A DNA stretch of 57,482 bases from Candidatus Limnocylindrales bacterium (GCA_036560085.1 DATBRX010000131.1:1-57482), one strand, 5' to 3'; shown: positions 16,899 through 27,285, counted from the stretch's first letter. The notes: generated by a model from the letters alone, not told the origin. Translations and numbers: made by a program.

Positions 16899-17347
16899 CG
16901 GAGCAATGCCTCGATCTCGGCGCGGTACATACGCCCGGCCGGCGCGCGCATGAGCCATTCGAGAAACTCGGGATCGCGGCGCTTGATCTGGCCGAGCGTC
17001 CAGCCGCTGTAACGGCCAAAGTCGATCAGGCTGCCGCTGGGCGGACCGACCGCCGGGCCGGCACCGCCCGTGGCCACGTCGGACGCGTGACGGACAAGCC
17101 GGTCGCTGGCGCGCCGATCGCGCCGTGCGGCCAGCCACTCGTCGTAGCGGCGCCGCTTCTGCGGGTCGCGCAGTGTCTGGTAGGCCTCGTTGATGGCGGC
17201 CATGCGTTGCGCCGCCTCGTGGCTCGAATCCACGTCAGGGTGGTAGCGCTGGGCGAGCTTGCGATAGACCGTGCTGATGATCTCCTGGTCGGCGCTCTCG
17301 GCCAGCATCAGTACCTTGTAGTGCGTCGTCCGCGGGTCGGGGTTCAT
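16892..17347 (-). CDS. J-domain protein with DUF3820-like C-terminal module
   Basis: 'HYKVLMLAESADQEIISTVYRKLAQRYHPD' (HPD motif). C-terminal 'FGRYSGWTLGQIKRRDPEFLEWL'. Confidence 0.75.
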   Translation of the reverse strand: MNPDPRTTHYKVLMLAESADQEIISTVYRKLAQRYHPDVDSSHEAAQRMAAINEAYQTLRDPQKRRRYDEWLAARRDRRASDRLVRHASDVATGGAGPAVGPPSGSLIDFGRYSGWTLGQIKRRDPEFLEWLMRAPAGRMYRAEIEALLRR

Positions 17348-17564
17348 AACTTGGCGTCATCGTCGTCCTCCAACGTGAGTGTGGATAGGTGACGATGTGC
17401 GGGGACGCGACCGGTACCTTCATCGCCGCAACTTCCCTGCGGGCGGTAGCTGCGCGGTCCCACTCTTGGCTCGTAGCAGGCCCGTGTTGTATCCTTCTCG
17501 TTCGCGCCCAAAGCGCCCCCAAAGGTCCGTCCATTCGCCCATCAACCGCGCCTTCCGGAGAGTC

Positions 17565-18206
17565 ATGTACGCCGTCATCGAAACAGGTGGAAAGCAGTAC
17601 CGCGTCGAGCTCGGTAGCGAGTTCGCCGTGGAGCGGCTCGAGGGCACCCCGGGCGATACGATCAAGTTCGAGCGTGTCCTGCTCGTCGCTGACGGCGACA
17701 AGGCGAGCATCGGCACTCCGGTCGTTGATGAAGCGCTCGTGACCGCGAGCCTGGTTCGCCAGGACCGCGGCGAAAAGATCATCGTCTTCAAGTACCGCCC
17801 CAAGGCGCGTCATCGTTCGAAGAACGGCCATCGCCAGGAGCAGACGATCGTCCGCATCGCTGACATCACGCTGGGTGGCCGCAGCGCGGCGACCGAGGCG
17901 GAGGCCGAGCAGAAGGAAGCGTCCAAGGCGAAGGCCAAGGCCGCCGCCGAGGCTGAGAAGAAGGCCGCTGCCGATCAGGCGCTCGCAGCCAAGCTCGAGA
18001 AGGACGCCCAGGCGAAGGCTGCCGACGCGAAGGCTGCCGCGGCCAAGGCCGATAAGCCGGCTGAGACCAAGGCAACCAAGGCAAAGTCCGAGCCCAAGGC
18101 CAAGGCAGCTGCCACAAAGGCAAGTGCACCCAAGGCCGCCAAGCCGGCCGCCAAGAAGACTGAAACCGCGCCGGCCAAGAAGCCGCGCGCCAAGAAGGAC
18201 GAGTAA
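17565..18206 (+). CDS. rplU: 50S ribosomal protein L21 with a long Ala/Lys/Glu-rich C-terminal tail
   Basis: ATG 17565 preceded by GGAG. '[17 protein letters not shown]...[24 protein letters not shown]', then a tail of roughly 110 aa ([14 protein letters not shown]...[21 protein letters not shown]). Confidence 0.9.
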   Translation: MYAVIETGGKQYRVELGSEFAVERLEGTPGDTIKFERVLLVADGDKASIGTPVVDEALVTASLVRQDRGEKIIVFKYRPKARHRSKNGHRQEQTIVRIADITLGGRSAATEAEAEQKEASKAKAKAAAEAEKKAAADQALAAKLEKDAQAKAADAKAAAAKADKPAETKATKAKSEPKAKAAATKASAPKAAKPAAKKTETAPAKKPRAKKDE

Positions 18207-18211
18207 GCGAC

Positions 18212-18508
18212 ATGGCACACAAGAAAGCGGGCTCAAGCTCGAAGAACGGCCGCGACAGCGTCGGCCAGCGTCTCGGCGTGAAGGCCGGCGACGGCCAGCT
18301 CGTGTCGGCCGGTTCGATCATCGTCCGCCAGCGCGGCATGACCTTCCTGGCCGGCCCCGGTGCGGGCCTGGGCAAGGACTACACGGTGTTCGCGCTGACC
18401 GACGGGCGCGTCAAGTTCGAGCATGAGAAGCGCGACAAGAAGCGCGTCCGCATCGTGGCCGAGACAGCCCAGACGGCTCAGACCGCCCAGGCAGGCGCCA
18501 AGGCATGA
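18212..18508 (+). CDS. rpmA: 50S ribosomal protein L27
   Basis: '[24 protein letters not shown]'. No Prp-cleaved N-terminal extension. C-terminal 'TAQTAQTAQ' repeat. Confidence 0.95.
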   Translation: MAHKKAGSSSKNGRDSVGQRLGVKAGDGQLVSAGSIIVRQRGMTFLAGPGAGLGKDYTVFALTDGRVKFEHEKRDKKRVRIVAETAQTAQTAQAGAKA

Positions 18509-18717
18509 AGCCCGACATTCACCCCAAGTACCACGCCGCCAAGGTCGTGTGCGCCTCGTGCCACACGGAGTTCGAGGTTGGCTCGACCCAGCAGACGCTG
18601 CATGTCGACATCTGCTCAAACTGCCACCCGTTCTTCACGGGCAAGCAGACGATCCTCGATCGCGCTGGCCAGGTCGAGCGCTTCCAGAAGCGCCTCGAGC
18701 GCACGGCGCGGCTCTGA
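18505..18717 (+). CDS. rpmE: 50S ribosomal protein L31 (Zn-ribbon type)
   Basis: 'MKPDIHPKY', CxxC...CxxC ('CASCHTEF', '[12 protein letters not shown]'). ATGA overlap with rpmA. Confidence 0.95.
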   Translation: MKPDIHPKYHAAKVVCASCHTEFEVGSTQQTLHVDICSNCHPFFTGKQTILDRAGQVERFQKRLERTARL

Positions 18718-18719
18718 TC

Positions 18720-18742
18720 GCCCGGCCCGACTGGGCTCGGGC
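18720..18742 (+). terminator. Possible attenuator/terminator hairpin after rpmE
   Basis: GCCCGGCCC-GACT-GGGC(T)CGGGC, followed by CTAAACTTTCTC. Imperfect stem, weak T-tract. Confidence 0.3.
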
Positions 18743-18758
18743 CTAAACTTTCTCGCAC

Positions 18759-19724
18759 ATGGCGCGAACTGATTTCGGTGGCCAGGCCCTGCTAGAGGGC
18801 GTCCTGATGCGCGGCCGCAACTCGATCGGCATCGCACTGCGCCACCCCGACGGCTCCATCGTGTCCACGGCCGAGCCGCTCAACTCCATCCTGCACCGCA
18901 ACCGCTTTGCCCGCGCACCATTCTTCCGCGGCCTCGTGCTGTTGTACGAGACGCTCGTCATCGGCACGCGCTGGCTGATGCGCTCGGGCTCGGTCCAGGC
19001 AGAGGGCGAGGGCCAGGAGCTGGGCAAGGGCACGATCGCGCTGACGCTGATCGTCACGCTGGGCATGGCGATCGGTCTCTTCGTCCTGCTGCCGCTGTTC
19101 CTCGCTGGTGCAGCCACGAACGCAGTCGCCGGGCCGGGTCAGACGCTCCTCGCGCACTTGGTCGAGGGGCTGATCCGCGTCGTGATCTTCGTCGGCTACC
19201 TGCTCCTGGTGAGCCGGTTCGGCGATATCCAACGCACGTTCCAGTACCACGGCGCCGAGCACATGACGATCCACGCCCTGGAGCACGAGGATCCGCTGAC
19301 CGTCGAGCAGGTGCGCAAGTACCCGACCGCGCACCAGCGCTGCGGCACGGAGTTCCTGGTCATCTTCATCATCCTGTCGATCCTGATGTTCAGCCTGCTC
19401 GCGGGCCAAAGCCTGGTGGTGAGCATCGTGGGCCGCGTGCTGCTCGTGCCGGTGATCGCGTCGCTCGCATACGAGCTGTTGCGCTTCGGCGCTCGCTACC
19501 GCCACCACTGGTGGATTCGCTGGCTGTACCTGCCCGGCATCTGGCTGCAGGGCATCACTACGCGCCAGCCCGACGACGGAATGATCGAGGTCGCCATCGC
19601 GTCGATGCGTGAGGCCCTCGCCGCAAACGGCGAAGAGGCGCCCGCCGGCAGCCTCGATCCCTTACGCCGGCCGATCCCGAGCGGAGTCGAGGAGACAGCC
19701 GGCTCGGCGAACCAGGCCAGCTGA
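18759..19724 (+). CDS. DUF1385 family membrane protein
   Basis: '[14 protein letters not shown]' N-terminus, '[15 protein letters not shown]', 'HQRCGTEF'. Typical position upstream of prfA. Confidence 0.8.
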   Translation: MARTDFGGQALLEGVLMRGRNSIGIALRHPDGSIVSTAEPLNSILHRNRFARAPFFRGLVLLYETLVIGTRWLMRSGSVQAEGEGQELGKGTIALTLIVTLGMAIGLFVLLPLFLAGAATNAVAGPGQTLLAHLVEGLIRVVIFVGYLLLVSRFGDIQRTFQYHGAEHMTIHALEHEDPLTVEQVRKYPTAHQRCGTEFLVIFIILSILMFSLLAGQSLVVSIVGRVLLVPVIASLAYELLRFGARYRHHWWIRWLYLPGIWLQGITTRQPDDGMIEVAIASMREALAANGEEAPAGSLDPLRRPIPSGVEETAGSANQAS

Positions 19725-20812
19725 TGGGCCTCGACGAGCGCCTCGACGCGCTCGAGCGCCGTTTGATGGGGATCGAATCGGAGTGGGCGCGGCCCGAGGT
19801 CGCGTCTGACCCTGCGCAGCGGCGCGCCCTGGGCCGCGAGCAGTCGCAGATCGAGCCGATCGTCCATACCTACCGGCGGCTGCGCCTGGTGCGGGAGCAG
19901 CTCGCGTCCGCGCACGCAGCGGAGAGCGATCCCGAGTTGCGCGACCTGGCCCGTGCCGAGATCGACCAGGCGGAGATCGAGGAGCGGGTGCTGACCGAGG
20001 AGTTGCGCGTCCTGCTCCTGCCGCGCGACCCCAACGACGATAAGAACGTCATCGTCGAGATCCGTGCCGGCACTGGCGGTGAGGAGGCCGCGCTATTCGC
20101 CGCGCAACTTTTCCGCATGTACAAGCGCTACGCCGAGCGTCATCGCTGGCAGAGCGAGCTGATCTCGGCCAACGAGACCGGCATCGGTGGCCTGCGCGAG
20201 GTCATATTCGAGGTGCGCGGCCAGGGCGCGTACAGCCGTCTCAAGTTCGAGGGCGGTGTGCACCGCGTTCAGCGCGTGCCGGAAACCGAGTCGAGCGGCC
20301 GCATCCACACCTCGACGGTGACCGTCGCGGTGCTGCCCGAGGCCGACGAGGTCGAGGTCCAGATCGATGACAAGGACCTGCGCATCGATGTCTATCGCTC
20401 GCAGGGGCCGGGTGGCCAGAGCGTCAACACGACCGACTCGGCCGTGCGCATCACGCACATCCCGTCCGGCATCGTCGTGGCCATCCAGGACGAGAAGAGC
20501 CAGCACAAGAACCGCGCCAAGGCGATGAGCGTGCTGCGCGCGCGGTTGCTCGAGCAGGAGCAGCGAAAAGCGCATGAAGCTGAAGCGGAAGCGCGCCGCT
20601 CGATGGTCGGGTCGGGCGAGCGGTCGGAGAAGATTCGCACGTACAACTTTCCGCAGGACCGGGTCACCGATCACCGCATCGGCGTGGACCTGCACAACCT
20701 GCCCAACGTGCTCGACGGCGACCTGGATCGGCTGCTCGACGAGCTGATCTCGACCGACCAGGCGCAGCGCCTGGCGCACGTCGAGGAGGCATCGACGGCC
20801 GGGGTCGCTTGA
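19724..20812 (+). CDS. prfA: Peptide chain release factor 1
   Basis: PxT anticodon motif '[14 protein letters not shown]', GGQ '[24 protein letters not shown]'. 1-nt overlap with the upstream stop. Confidence 0.95.
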   Translation: MGLDERLDALERRLMGIESEWARPEVASDPAQRRALGREQSQIEPIVHTYRRLRLVREQLASAHAAESDPELRDLARAEIDQAEIEERVLTEELRVLLLPRDPNDDKNVIVEIRAGTGGEEAALFAAQLFRMYKRYAERHRWQSELISANETGIGGLREVIFEVRGQGAYSRLKFEGGVHRVQRVPETESSGRIHTSTVTVAVLPEADEVEVQIDDKDLRIDVYRSQGPGGQSVNTTDSAVRITHIPSGIVVAIQDEKSQHKNRAKAMSVLRARLLEQEQRKAHEAEAEARRSMVGSGERSEKIRTYNFPQDRVTDHRIGVDLHNLPNVLDGDLDRLLDELISTDQAQRLAHVEEASTAGVA

Positions 20813-20832
20813 AAGTCTGATCGGGGGATCGA

Positions 20833-23046
20833 TTGGCCAAGACAGTCAGCGCCGAGAACGCTCCACGCGACATCTTCGAGGAGCCGCTCGCTCCCGGCGC
20901 GCCCGCGCCCCCGGTCGTCCGCGCGACAGATCTCACGGGCGTACATGTCCTCAAGGCAGGCGACATGTTCATGCTCAACAACGCCCATGGCGACGTGCGG
21001 CCCGACGGTCGCGGGCTGGGCCTGTTCCTGGGTGACACGCGCTTCCTGTCGACCTACGACCTCGTGCTGAACGGCACTCATCCAGTCGTGCTGCGGGCTG
21101 GCCCCGCGGCGGCGCAGCACAGTGTCATCCAGATGGCCAATCCGGACCTGCTCGAGCAGGGCGGCGACGTCAGCGAGGAGGTTGTGCTGCGCCGCCACTC
21201 GCTGGGCGTCGTGCGCGACCGCACCGTCAGCGACCGCCTGAAAGAACGGGTGACGGTCACGAACTACACGACCCTGCCCCAGCGCGCGCGCCTGACCCTG
21301 ATGCTCGACGCCGACTACGCGGATATCTTCGAGCTGCGCGGGCTCGTGCGTGAGCGACGGGGCGACCGCCTGGCCAACGAGTGGTCACCCGACGGCCTGA
21401 CGTTCACATACCGCGGCCTGGACAGGATCGTGCGCCGTACGGTTATCAGCCTCGAGCCGCACATGCACCGCGCGGCGACAACGGTTCCGGACGCGGAGCT
21501 CGACACCGCCGGAACCACGCTCGAGCTCGATTGGCTGATCGAGCCGGGGCGCAGCGAGACACTGAACATCGAGGTTCGCGCGGAGATCCGCGACGACTCG
21601 CCGCCGCACACGCCACCCCGACCGTGGACAGTGGGGGCCACGATCGAGACGAACCACGTCCTGGCCGAACGCGCGCTCGAGCGGTCGCGCGCCGATCTGA
21701 ACCTGCTGATCAACGACGGACCCGCAGCCGACGAGCGCTACATCGCTGCCGGCGTGCCGTGGTTCAGCTGCCTGTTCGGGCGCGACTCGATCATCACCAG
21801 CCTGCAGCTGCTCGCCGTGCGGCCGGAGATCGCCGCGACGACGCTGTCGGTCCTGGCGCGCCTCCAGGCGACGGAGGTCGACGAGTTCCGCGACGCTGCG
21901 CCGGGCAAGATCCTGCACGAGCTGCGCACGGGCGAGCTGGCGCGGACCGATGAGATCCCGCATACGCCCTACTACGGCACGGTCGACGCCACGCCGCTGT
22001 GGCTGATGCTGCTCGATGAGTACGAACGCTGGACCGGCGACTCGGCGCTCGTCGACCAGCTGTGGCCGAACGCCCTGGCGGCACTCGGCTGGCTCGACCG
22101 GTACGGCGACCTCGATGGCGACGGCTTCATCGAATACCAGCGCCAATCCGAGCGCGGACTGGTCAACCAGGGCTGGAAGGACTCGGCTGACTCGAACCGC
22201 AACCGCGATGGCACGCTCGCCGAAGGCCCGATCGCGCTGGTCGAGGTCCAGGCCTACGCCTTCGCCGCGCGGCGGGGCATGGCGCGGCTTGCGCGCAGGC
22301 GCGGAGACGAGGAGCTGGCCGCGCTGCAGGACGCCGCGGCCGAGGCGCTGCGTCAGCGCTTCGAGAAGGCCTTCTGGATGGAGGACGTGGGCACGTACGC
22401 CATTGCGCTCGATGGCGCCAAGCGCCAGGTAACGGGCATCGCCTCAAATGCCGGCCATGCCCTGTGGACGGGCATCGCCGACCCGCAGCGTGCCGCGCGG
22501 ACGGCGGAGGTGCTCACAGGACGCGGGATGTGGAGTGGCTGGGGAATTCGCACGCTGTCCGCGGAGACCATCGGTTACAACCCGATCGGCTACCACTTGG
22601 GCACGATCTGGCCGCACGACAACGCCATCTGCGCGGCCGGATTTGCGCGTTACGGCCTGTCCGAGGAGACGCGCCTCGTCGCGGGTGCGCTATTCGAGGC
22701 GACCGCGCACTTCCGCGAGGCGCGCCTGCCCGAGCTGTTCTGCGGCTTCGACCGCGCGACATCGCCGCTGCCGGTGCCCTACCCCGTCGCCTGCTCACCC
22801 CAGGCGTGGGCCGCGGGCTCGCTGTACCACCTCATGTCCGCGACCCTTGGTTTCCGGCCCGACGCGCGCGCCCACAGGCTCGAGCTGGTGCGCCCTGCAT
22901 TGCCGACGTGGCTGCCCAGCCTGCGCGTGCGTGGCCTGAGAGTGGGCGACGCGCATGTTGACCTGGAGTTCGGCGCCCAGGAGCAGTCCATCTCAGTCGA
23001 GGTCCTGCGGCGTACGGCGGACCTGGACGTCGTAGTTCGGCTTTGA
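20833..23046 (+). CDS. Amylo-alpha-1,6-glucosidase / glycogen debranching enzyme-type protein
   Basis: 'GVPWFSCLFGRDSIITS', 'VNQGWKDS', 'GYHLGTIWPHDN', 'CSPQAWAAGS' (six-hairpin GDE_C-like) behind an N-terminal beta domain. TTG start as in the track. Confidence 0.75.
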   Translation: MAKTVSAENAPRDIFEEPLAPGAPAPPVVRATDLTGVHVLKAGDMFMLNNAHGDVRPDGRGLGLFLGDTRFLSTYDLVLNGTHPVVLRAGPAAAQHSVIQMANPDLLEQGGDVSEEVVLRRHSLGVVRDRTVSDRLKERVTVTNYTTLPQRARLTLMLDADYADIFELRGLVRERRGDRLANEWSPDGLTFTYRGLDRIVRRTVISLEPHMHRAATTVPDAELDTAGTTLELDWLIEPGRSETLNIEVRAEIRDDSPPHTPPRPWTVGATIETNHVLAERALERSRADLNLLINDGPAADERYIAAGVPWFSCLFGRDSIITSLQLLAVRPEIAATTLSVLARLQATEVDEFRDAAPGKILHELRTGELARTDEIPHTPYYGTVDATPLWLMLLDEYERWTGDSALVDQLWPNALAALGWLDRYGDLDGDGFIEYQRQSERGLVNQGWKDSADSNRNRDGTLAEGPIALVEVQAYAFAARRGMARLARRRGDEELAALQDAAAEALRQRFEKAFWMEDVGTYAIALDGAKRQVTGIASNAGHALWTGIADPQRAARTAEVLTGRGMWSGWGIRTLSAETIGYNPIGYHLGTIWPHDNAICAAGFARYGLSEETRLVAGALFEATAHFREARLPELFCGFDRATSPLPVPYPVACSPQAWAAGSLYHLMSATLGFRPDARAHRLELVRPALPTWLPSLRVRGLRVGDAHVDLEFGAQEQSISVEVLRRTADLDVVVRL

Positions 23047-23942
23047 CGACGACCGTCGGCACCCTGCTCCGCGAGGCCGGTCAGAAGCTGACAGAGGCTG
23101 GGTCCGAGACGCCGCGGCTCGACGCCGAGCTCTTGCTCGGTCACGTGCTTGGAGTCGGCCGGGCGACTCTGCTCGCGGAGCCTGAATCGCAGGTTTCACA
23201 GGCCCAGTCGGCGGTCTTCGCCGGTCTGATCGAACGCCGTGCAAGAGGCGAGCCCGTGGCCTACCTGCGCGGCCTGAAGGAGTTCTACGGCCTCGCGTTG
23301 AGCGTGGACGAGCGCGCCCTGATCCCGCGGCCGGAAACGGAGACGGTGGTCGAGCGAGCGCTGGCCCTGATTGCCGAGCGCTTGACGAGCTCTCCCCGAC
23401 CGGCCGACGCGCAGCCGCTCCTGGTGTGGGATGTCGGCACCGGCAGTGGCGCAATCCCGGTCGCGCTGGCCGTCGAGTGCCGCCGGCGCGGCTACGGCCG
23501 CGACGTCGCGTTCCGGGCGACGGACGTGTCTGCGGATGCGCTGGCGCTGGCCACCGAGAACGCCGTCGCCCACGGCGTCGCCGACAGGATCGCCTTCGCG
23601 GTGGCCGACCTGGCTGATCTGCCCGACGCGGAGCCCGTCGACATCCTGACTGCCAATCTGCCTTACATCCGTTCCGACGACTTGCCGCAGCTGCCGATTG
23701 CCGCGAGCTATGAGCCGACCGTTTCACTCGACGGCGGCGTAGACGGCCTAACGTTAGTTAGGCAAATGGTCGCCCAGCTACCAGGCGTCGTCGTGCCCGG
23801 CGGAGTGGCGCTGCTCGAGATCGGCAGCGATCAGGCCGACGCCCTGGCCGCGCTCGCACCCACGGGCTGGGAGGTCTCTGTTCACGACGATCTGGCCGCG
23901 TGGCCGCGCGTCATCGAGCTGACCCGGCCGGCGAGCGCGTGA
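23043..23942 (+). CDS. prmC: Release factor glutamine N5-methyltransferase PrmC/HemK
   Basis: 'TPRLDAELLLGHVLG', 'YLRGLKEFYGL', SAM motif 'VWDVGTGSGAIPVALA', catalytic tetrad read as 'NLPY'. TTG start overlaps the upstream stop. Confidence 0.85.
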   Translation: MTTTVGTLLREAGQKLTEAGSETPRLDAELLLGHVLGVGRATLLAEPESQVSQAQSAVFAGLIERRARGEPVAYLRGLKEFYGLALSVDERALIPRPETETVVERALALIAERLTSSPRPADAQPLLVWDVGTGSGAIPVALAVECRRRGYGRDVAFRATDVSADALALATENAVAHGVADRIAFAVADLADLPDAEPVDILTANLPYIRSDDLPQLPIAASYEPTVSLDGGVDGLTLVRQMVAQLPGVVVPGGVALLEIGSDQADALAALAPTGWEVSVHDDLAAWPRVIELTRPASA

Positions 23943-24583
23943 TGGAGGTCGTTCGCTCAGACGAGCCGGGCGCGCTCGAGCGCGCGGCCGGGGCGCTCGG
24001 TCGGGGAGAGGTGATCGCGATCCCGACCGAGACCGTCTACGGCCTGGCGGCCCTGCCGCGCGCCGGGAGCGTGGAGCACCTCATCGCGGCCAAGCAGCGC
24101 TCGACCGAAAAGGGCATCCAGCTGCTGGTCGACTCGCTCGAACAGGTACGAGCGGTATGCATGGTGCCGCCCGCCGCCCAGAAGCTCGCGGACGCCTTCT
24201 GGCCGGGCGGCCTGACGATCGTGCTTGATCGCCGCGCGGACTCGGACCTGCCGCTGCTCCTGGGTGGCGGCCGCGCGACGCTGGGCGTGCGCCTGCCCGA
24301 CCATCCGCTGCCGCGCGAGCTTGCGCGGATGCTCGGGCCGCTCGCCGCGAGCTCGGCCAACGTCACCGGCCGGCCGCCGGCCACGACCGCGCACATGGTC
24401 ATCGAATCCCTGTCGGATGTCGTGAGCCTGATCGTCGACGACGGTCCGGTGCGGGGCGGGGTGTCATCGACGGTGGTCGACTGCTCCGGGTCGGCCGCCC
24501 AGGCGCCGGTCGTGCTGCGCGAAGGCGCGATCGCCGGCTCGGAGATCTTCGCCGCGCTCGGTCAGGAATACACTTCGCGTTGA
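23942..24583 (+). CDS. tsaC: L-threonylcarbamoyladenylate synthase (YrdC/YwlC/Sua5 family)
   Basis: 'GEVIAIPTETVYGLAA', 'KQRSTEKGIQLLV', 'FWPGGLTIVL', 'SSANVTGRPPA'. ATG 23942 shares 1 nt with the prmC stop. Confidence 0.85.
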   Translation: MEVVRSDEPGALERAAGALGRGEVIAIPTETVYGLAALPRAGSVEHLIAAKQRSTEKGIQLLVDSLEQVRAVCMVPPAAQKLADAFWPGGLTIVLDRRADSDLPLLLGGGRATLGVRLPDHPLPRELARMLGPLAASSANVTGRPPATTAHMVIESLSDVVSLIVDDGPVRGGVSSTVVDCSGSAAQAPVVLREGAIAGSEIFAALGQEYTSR

Positions 24584-24606
24584 GCGCCGCACGCTCATTT
24601 GATTGA

Positions 24607-25920
24607 GTGCGCACCCGACCTGACCTGGAGGCCGTGTCTTTGAGCGTCAGCACGACGTCGCGCATCGCCTGGGCCCCGCTCGCCGAAGTGGATCCTGATC
24701 TCTGGGGCGCGATGCAACGCGAGCGCGAACGGCAGCGCTGGAACATTGAGCTCATCGCGAGCGAGAACTACGCTTTTGCCGCGGTCCTGGAGGCGCAGGG
24801 CTCGTGGCTGACCAACAAGTACGCGGAGGGCCAGCCGGGCAAGCGCTATTACGGCGGTTGCGAGTTCGTCGACGAGGTCGAGGAGCTCGCCGAGCAGCGT
24901 GCCCTCGCGCTGTTCCCCGGCGCCGAGCACGTCAATGTCCAGCCTCATTCCGGCGCGCAGGCCAATATGGCCGCTTACGTGAGCGTGCTCGAGATGGGCG
25001 ATCGCGTGCTGGGCATGAACCTGGCCCACGGTGGTCATCTGACGCACGGCTCGCCGGTCAACTTCAGCGGCAAGTGGTTCGAGATCCACGCCTATGGCGT
25101 GCGCGAGGACGATGCCCGCATCGACTACGACGCGCTCGAGAAGCAGGCGCGCGAGGTCAAGCCCAAGTTGGTTGTCGCTGGCGCGAGTGCCTACCCACGC
25201 GTCATCGATTTCGAGCGCATCGCCCAGATCGCCCACGGCGTGGACGCGCTGTTCTTCGTGGACATGGCGCACATCGCCGGGCTCGTGGCGGCGGGCCAGC
25301 ACCCGAGCCCCTTCCCGCACGCCGACCTCGTGACGACGACGACCCACAAGACGCTGCGCGGGCCGCGCGGCGGCCTGGTGTTCTGCCGCGCAGACCTGGC
25401 CAAGCAGGTCGACAAGACGGTTTTCCCCGGATTGCAGGGCGGCCCGCTGATGCATGTCATCGCCGCGAAGGCGGTCGCGCTGCATCTCGCGAGCACCGAC
25501 GAGTTCCGATCCGACATGAAGCACACCGTCGAGAACGCCAAGCTGCTCGCGACGACCCTCGCCGACAACGGCGCGGCCGTCGTCTCCGGAGGCACGGACA
25601 ACCACCTGATGCTCGTTGACGTGACGCCGCTCGGCGTGACCGGGCGCGAGGCGGAGACGCTGCTCGACGAAATCGGCATCACGGTCAACAAGAACGCGAT
25701 CCCCTTCGACAAGAACCCGCCCAACATCGCGTCGGGCATTCGCGTCGGCACGCCGGCGACCACGACGCGCGGCTTCGGTCCCGACGAGATGCGCGAGATT
25801 GGCCAGCTCATCGTGAAGGCCATCCAGGGCCGGAACGATGAGTCCGCCAGCCAGCTGATCAAGACCAGCGTGCGTGAGATGTGCGCCCGCTTCCCGGTCC
25901 CGGGCCTGCCGGCGGAGTGA
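24607..25920 (+). CDS. glyA: Serine hydroxymethyltransferase
   Basis: 'IELIASENY', '[17 protein letters not shown]', PLP-Lys '[15 protein letters not shown]'. Start uncertain: GTG 24607, GTG 24634, or TTG 24640 (8 nt after GGAGG at 24627-24631). Confidence 0.95.
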   Translation: MRTRPDLEAVSLSVSTTSRIAWAPLAEVDPDLWGAMQRERERQRWNIELIASENYAFAAVLEAQGSWLTNKYAEGQPGKRYYGGCEFVDEVEELAEQRALALFPGAEHVNVQPHSGAQANMAAYVSVLEMGDRVLGMNLAHGGHLTHGSPVNFSGKWFEIHAYGVREDDARIDYDALEKQAREVKPKLVVAGASAYPRVIDFERIAQIAHGVDALFFVDMAHIAGLVAAGQHPSPFPHADLVTTTTHKTLRGPRGGLVFCRADLAKQVDKTVFPGLQGGPLMHVIAAKAVALHLASTDEFRSDMKHTVENAKLLATTLADNGAAVVSGGTDNHLMLVDVTPLGVTGREAETLLDEIGITVNKNAIPFDKNPPNIASGIRVGTPATTTRGFGPDEMREIGQLIVKAIQGRNDESASQLIKTSVREMCARFPVPGLPAE

Positions 25921-27026
25921 GCCCGGACGCGCTCGGCGCGCTGCCATACGTCATTGCCGCGCTGATCGCGACGACTGTCGCCAGCCTGCTGCTGACGCCG
26001 GTCGCGATTCGACTTGCGCCCCGCCTGGGGGCGATCGATGTCCCGGATTCGGAGCGCCGCATTCACAGCCGGCCTATCCCGCGCACGGGCGGACTGGCGG
26101 TCGCGCTCAGCTTTCTCGGCGTCGGCGCGCTCGGACTGCTGGCCAACCAGGTCTTCCACCTGGCATTGCCCGGACGGCCGGTGCGGGCCAGCGAGCTGGC
26201 GGCACTGTTCATCGGCGTTGCCATCGGCGCCGGCTTCGGCTACCTCGATGATCGCCTGCAGCTCAAGGCGCGCTGGCAGTTCATCGCCCAGTTCGTCCTC
26301 GCCGGCATCGCGCTCGCGGGAGGCGTGCTGATCAACCGCCTGCCCGAGCCGCTTGGGCCCATCACCGACGCTGCGGCGATGGCCGCGACGACGATCTGGA
26401 TCGTGGGCATGCTCAACAGCGTCAATTTCGTGGACGGCCTGGACGGGCTGCTGGCCGGCATTTCGCTGATCGCGGTGACGACCCTCGGCATCAACTCGCT
26501 CTTCGCCGTGTCCATTCAGCCGGTCGTCGCGGTGCTGTGCGCTCTACTGGCCGGGGCGCTCCTGGGCTTCCTGCCCTACAACTTCCATCCCGCCCGCGTG
26601 TTCATCGGCACATCCGGAGTCTTTGCCGTGGGCTACGCGCTGGCCGTGTTGTCTGTGCTCGGTACGGCCAAGGTCGCGCTGGCGCTGCTCGTGTTGGGCG
26701 TGCCGATCATCGACACCTTCTGGATCATCCTGCGCCGTGTGTCAGCGGGTCGCTCGCCGTTCTCCGCAGATCGCGGCCACTTCCACCACAGGCTGCTCGA
26801 CCTTGGCCTGTCGCACCGCCAGGCGGTCCTCCTGATCTACCTCATCTGTTCCATCCTGGCGGTCCTCAGCCTGGCCCTGCCCAGCGGCGGCCAGATCACG
26901 GTATTCGTGCTCGTTGTCCTGGGCGGGGGGGCGCTGCTGTATCTGCTCACCCGCCGCGCGCGCGAGGCGCTCGATCGGTCGAGCTACGAGGACGAAGGGC
27001 CAGGCGCCTCGTCGGGGAACGAGTGA
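25917..27026 (+). CDS. Polyprenyl-phosphate GlcNAc-1-phosphate transferase-like (WecA/TagO/Rfe, MraY superfamily)
   Basis: 'GYLDDRLQL', '[12 protein letters not shown]', '[10 protein letters not shown]'; polytopic. GTG 25917 chosen (overlaps the glyA stop); the track ORF opens at 25881. Confidence 0.85.
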   Translation: MSPDALGALPYVIAALIATTVASLLLTPVAIRLAPRLGAIDVPDSERRIHSRPIPRTGGLAVALSFLGVGALGLLANQVFHLALPGRPVRASELAALFIGVAIGAGFGYLDDRLQLKARWQFIAQFVLAGIALAGGVLINRLPEPLGPITDAAAMAATTIWIVGMLNSVNFVDGLDGLLAGISLIAVTTLGINSLFAVSIQPVVAVLCALLAGALLGFLPYNFHPARVFIGTSGVFAVGYALAVLSVLGTAKVALALLVLGVPIIDTFWIILRRVSAGRSPFSADRGHFHHRLLDLGLSHRQAVLLIYLICSILAVLSLALPSGGQITVFVLVVLGGGALLYLLTRRAREALDRSSYEDEGPGASSGNE

Positions 27027-27060
27027 CCCGCTGCTATACTCCCGCCGCGCTACCGGGTAG

Positions 27061-27285
27061 TTGATGAACGACCTTGGCCGGGCGACTGCGTATCTCGCTC
27101 TCTTCTCAGAGATCGCGATCGTCCTGCTGGTCACGACGCTGCTCGGTGTGCTCTCGGGCTACTGGCTCGATCAGCGTCTAGGGACGCTACCCATCCTGTC
27201 GGTCGCGGGCATGCTTGCCGGCTTCGGACTGGGCGGAGTGGGGGTATATCGACTGATCGTGCGCTTCCTCGCTCGGTTCGAGTGA
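27061..27285 (+). CDS. AtpZ/AtpI-like small membrane protein of the F-ATPase operon
   Basis: 74 aa, two TM helices, 'GVLSGYWLDQRLGTLPILSVAGMLAGFGLG' pattern. Immediately upstream of atpB. Confidence 0.65.
   Translation: MMNDLGRATAYLALFSEIAIVLLVTTLLGVLSGYWLDQRLGTLPILSVAGMLAGFGLGGVGVYRLIVRFLARFE

Noticed and set aside
17376-17384. TGTGGATAG, an 8/9 match to the DnaA-box complement, upstream of rplU
   Set aside because: It is a single imperfect copy with no cluster, so it is expected by chance.
17348-17564. 217-nt 5' region of the L21 operon as a possible ribosomal-protein leader or riboswitch
   Set aside because: I could not recognise a defined structured element or conserved motif by eye. 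It would need a covariance-model scan (for example the L21 leader model) before any call.
17235-18236. 333-aa Leu/Gly/Arg-rich minus-strand ORF
   Set aside because: Mirror image of the Ala/Lys repeat tail of L21 (GCC/AAG repeats read antisense as GGC/CTT). It also overlaps the 3' part of the J-domain gene out of frame.
23746-23763. AT-rich perfect hairpin GCCTAAC-GTTA-GTTAGGC inside prmC
   Set aside because: It lies within an intact reading frame (encodes ...GLTLVRQ...), has no flanking repeat or T-tract, and occurs only once. Probably coincidental.
24595-25947. 450-aa minus-strand ORF antisense to glyA
   Set aside because: Shadow ORF. glyA on the plus strand has the PLP-Lys and all SHMT motifs.
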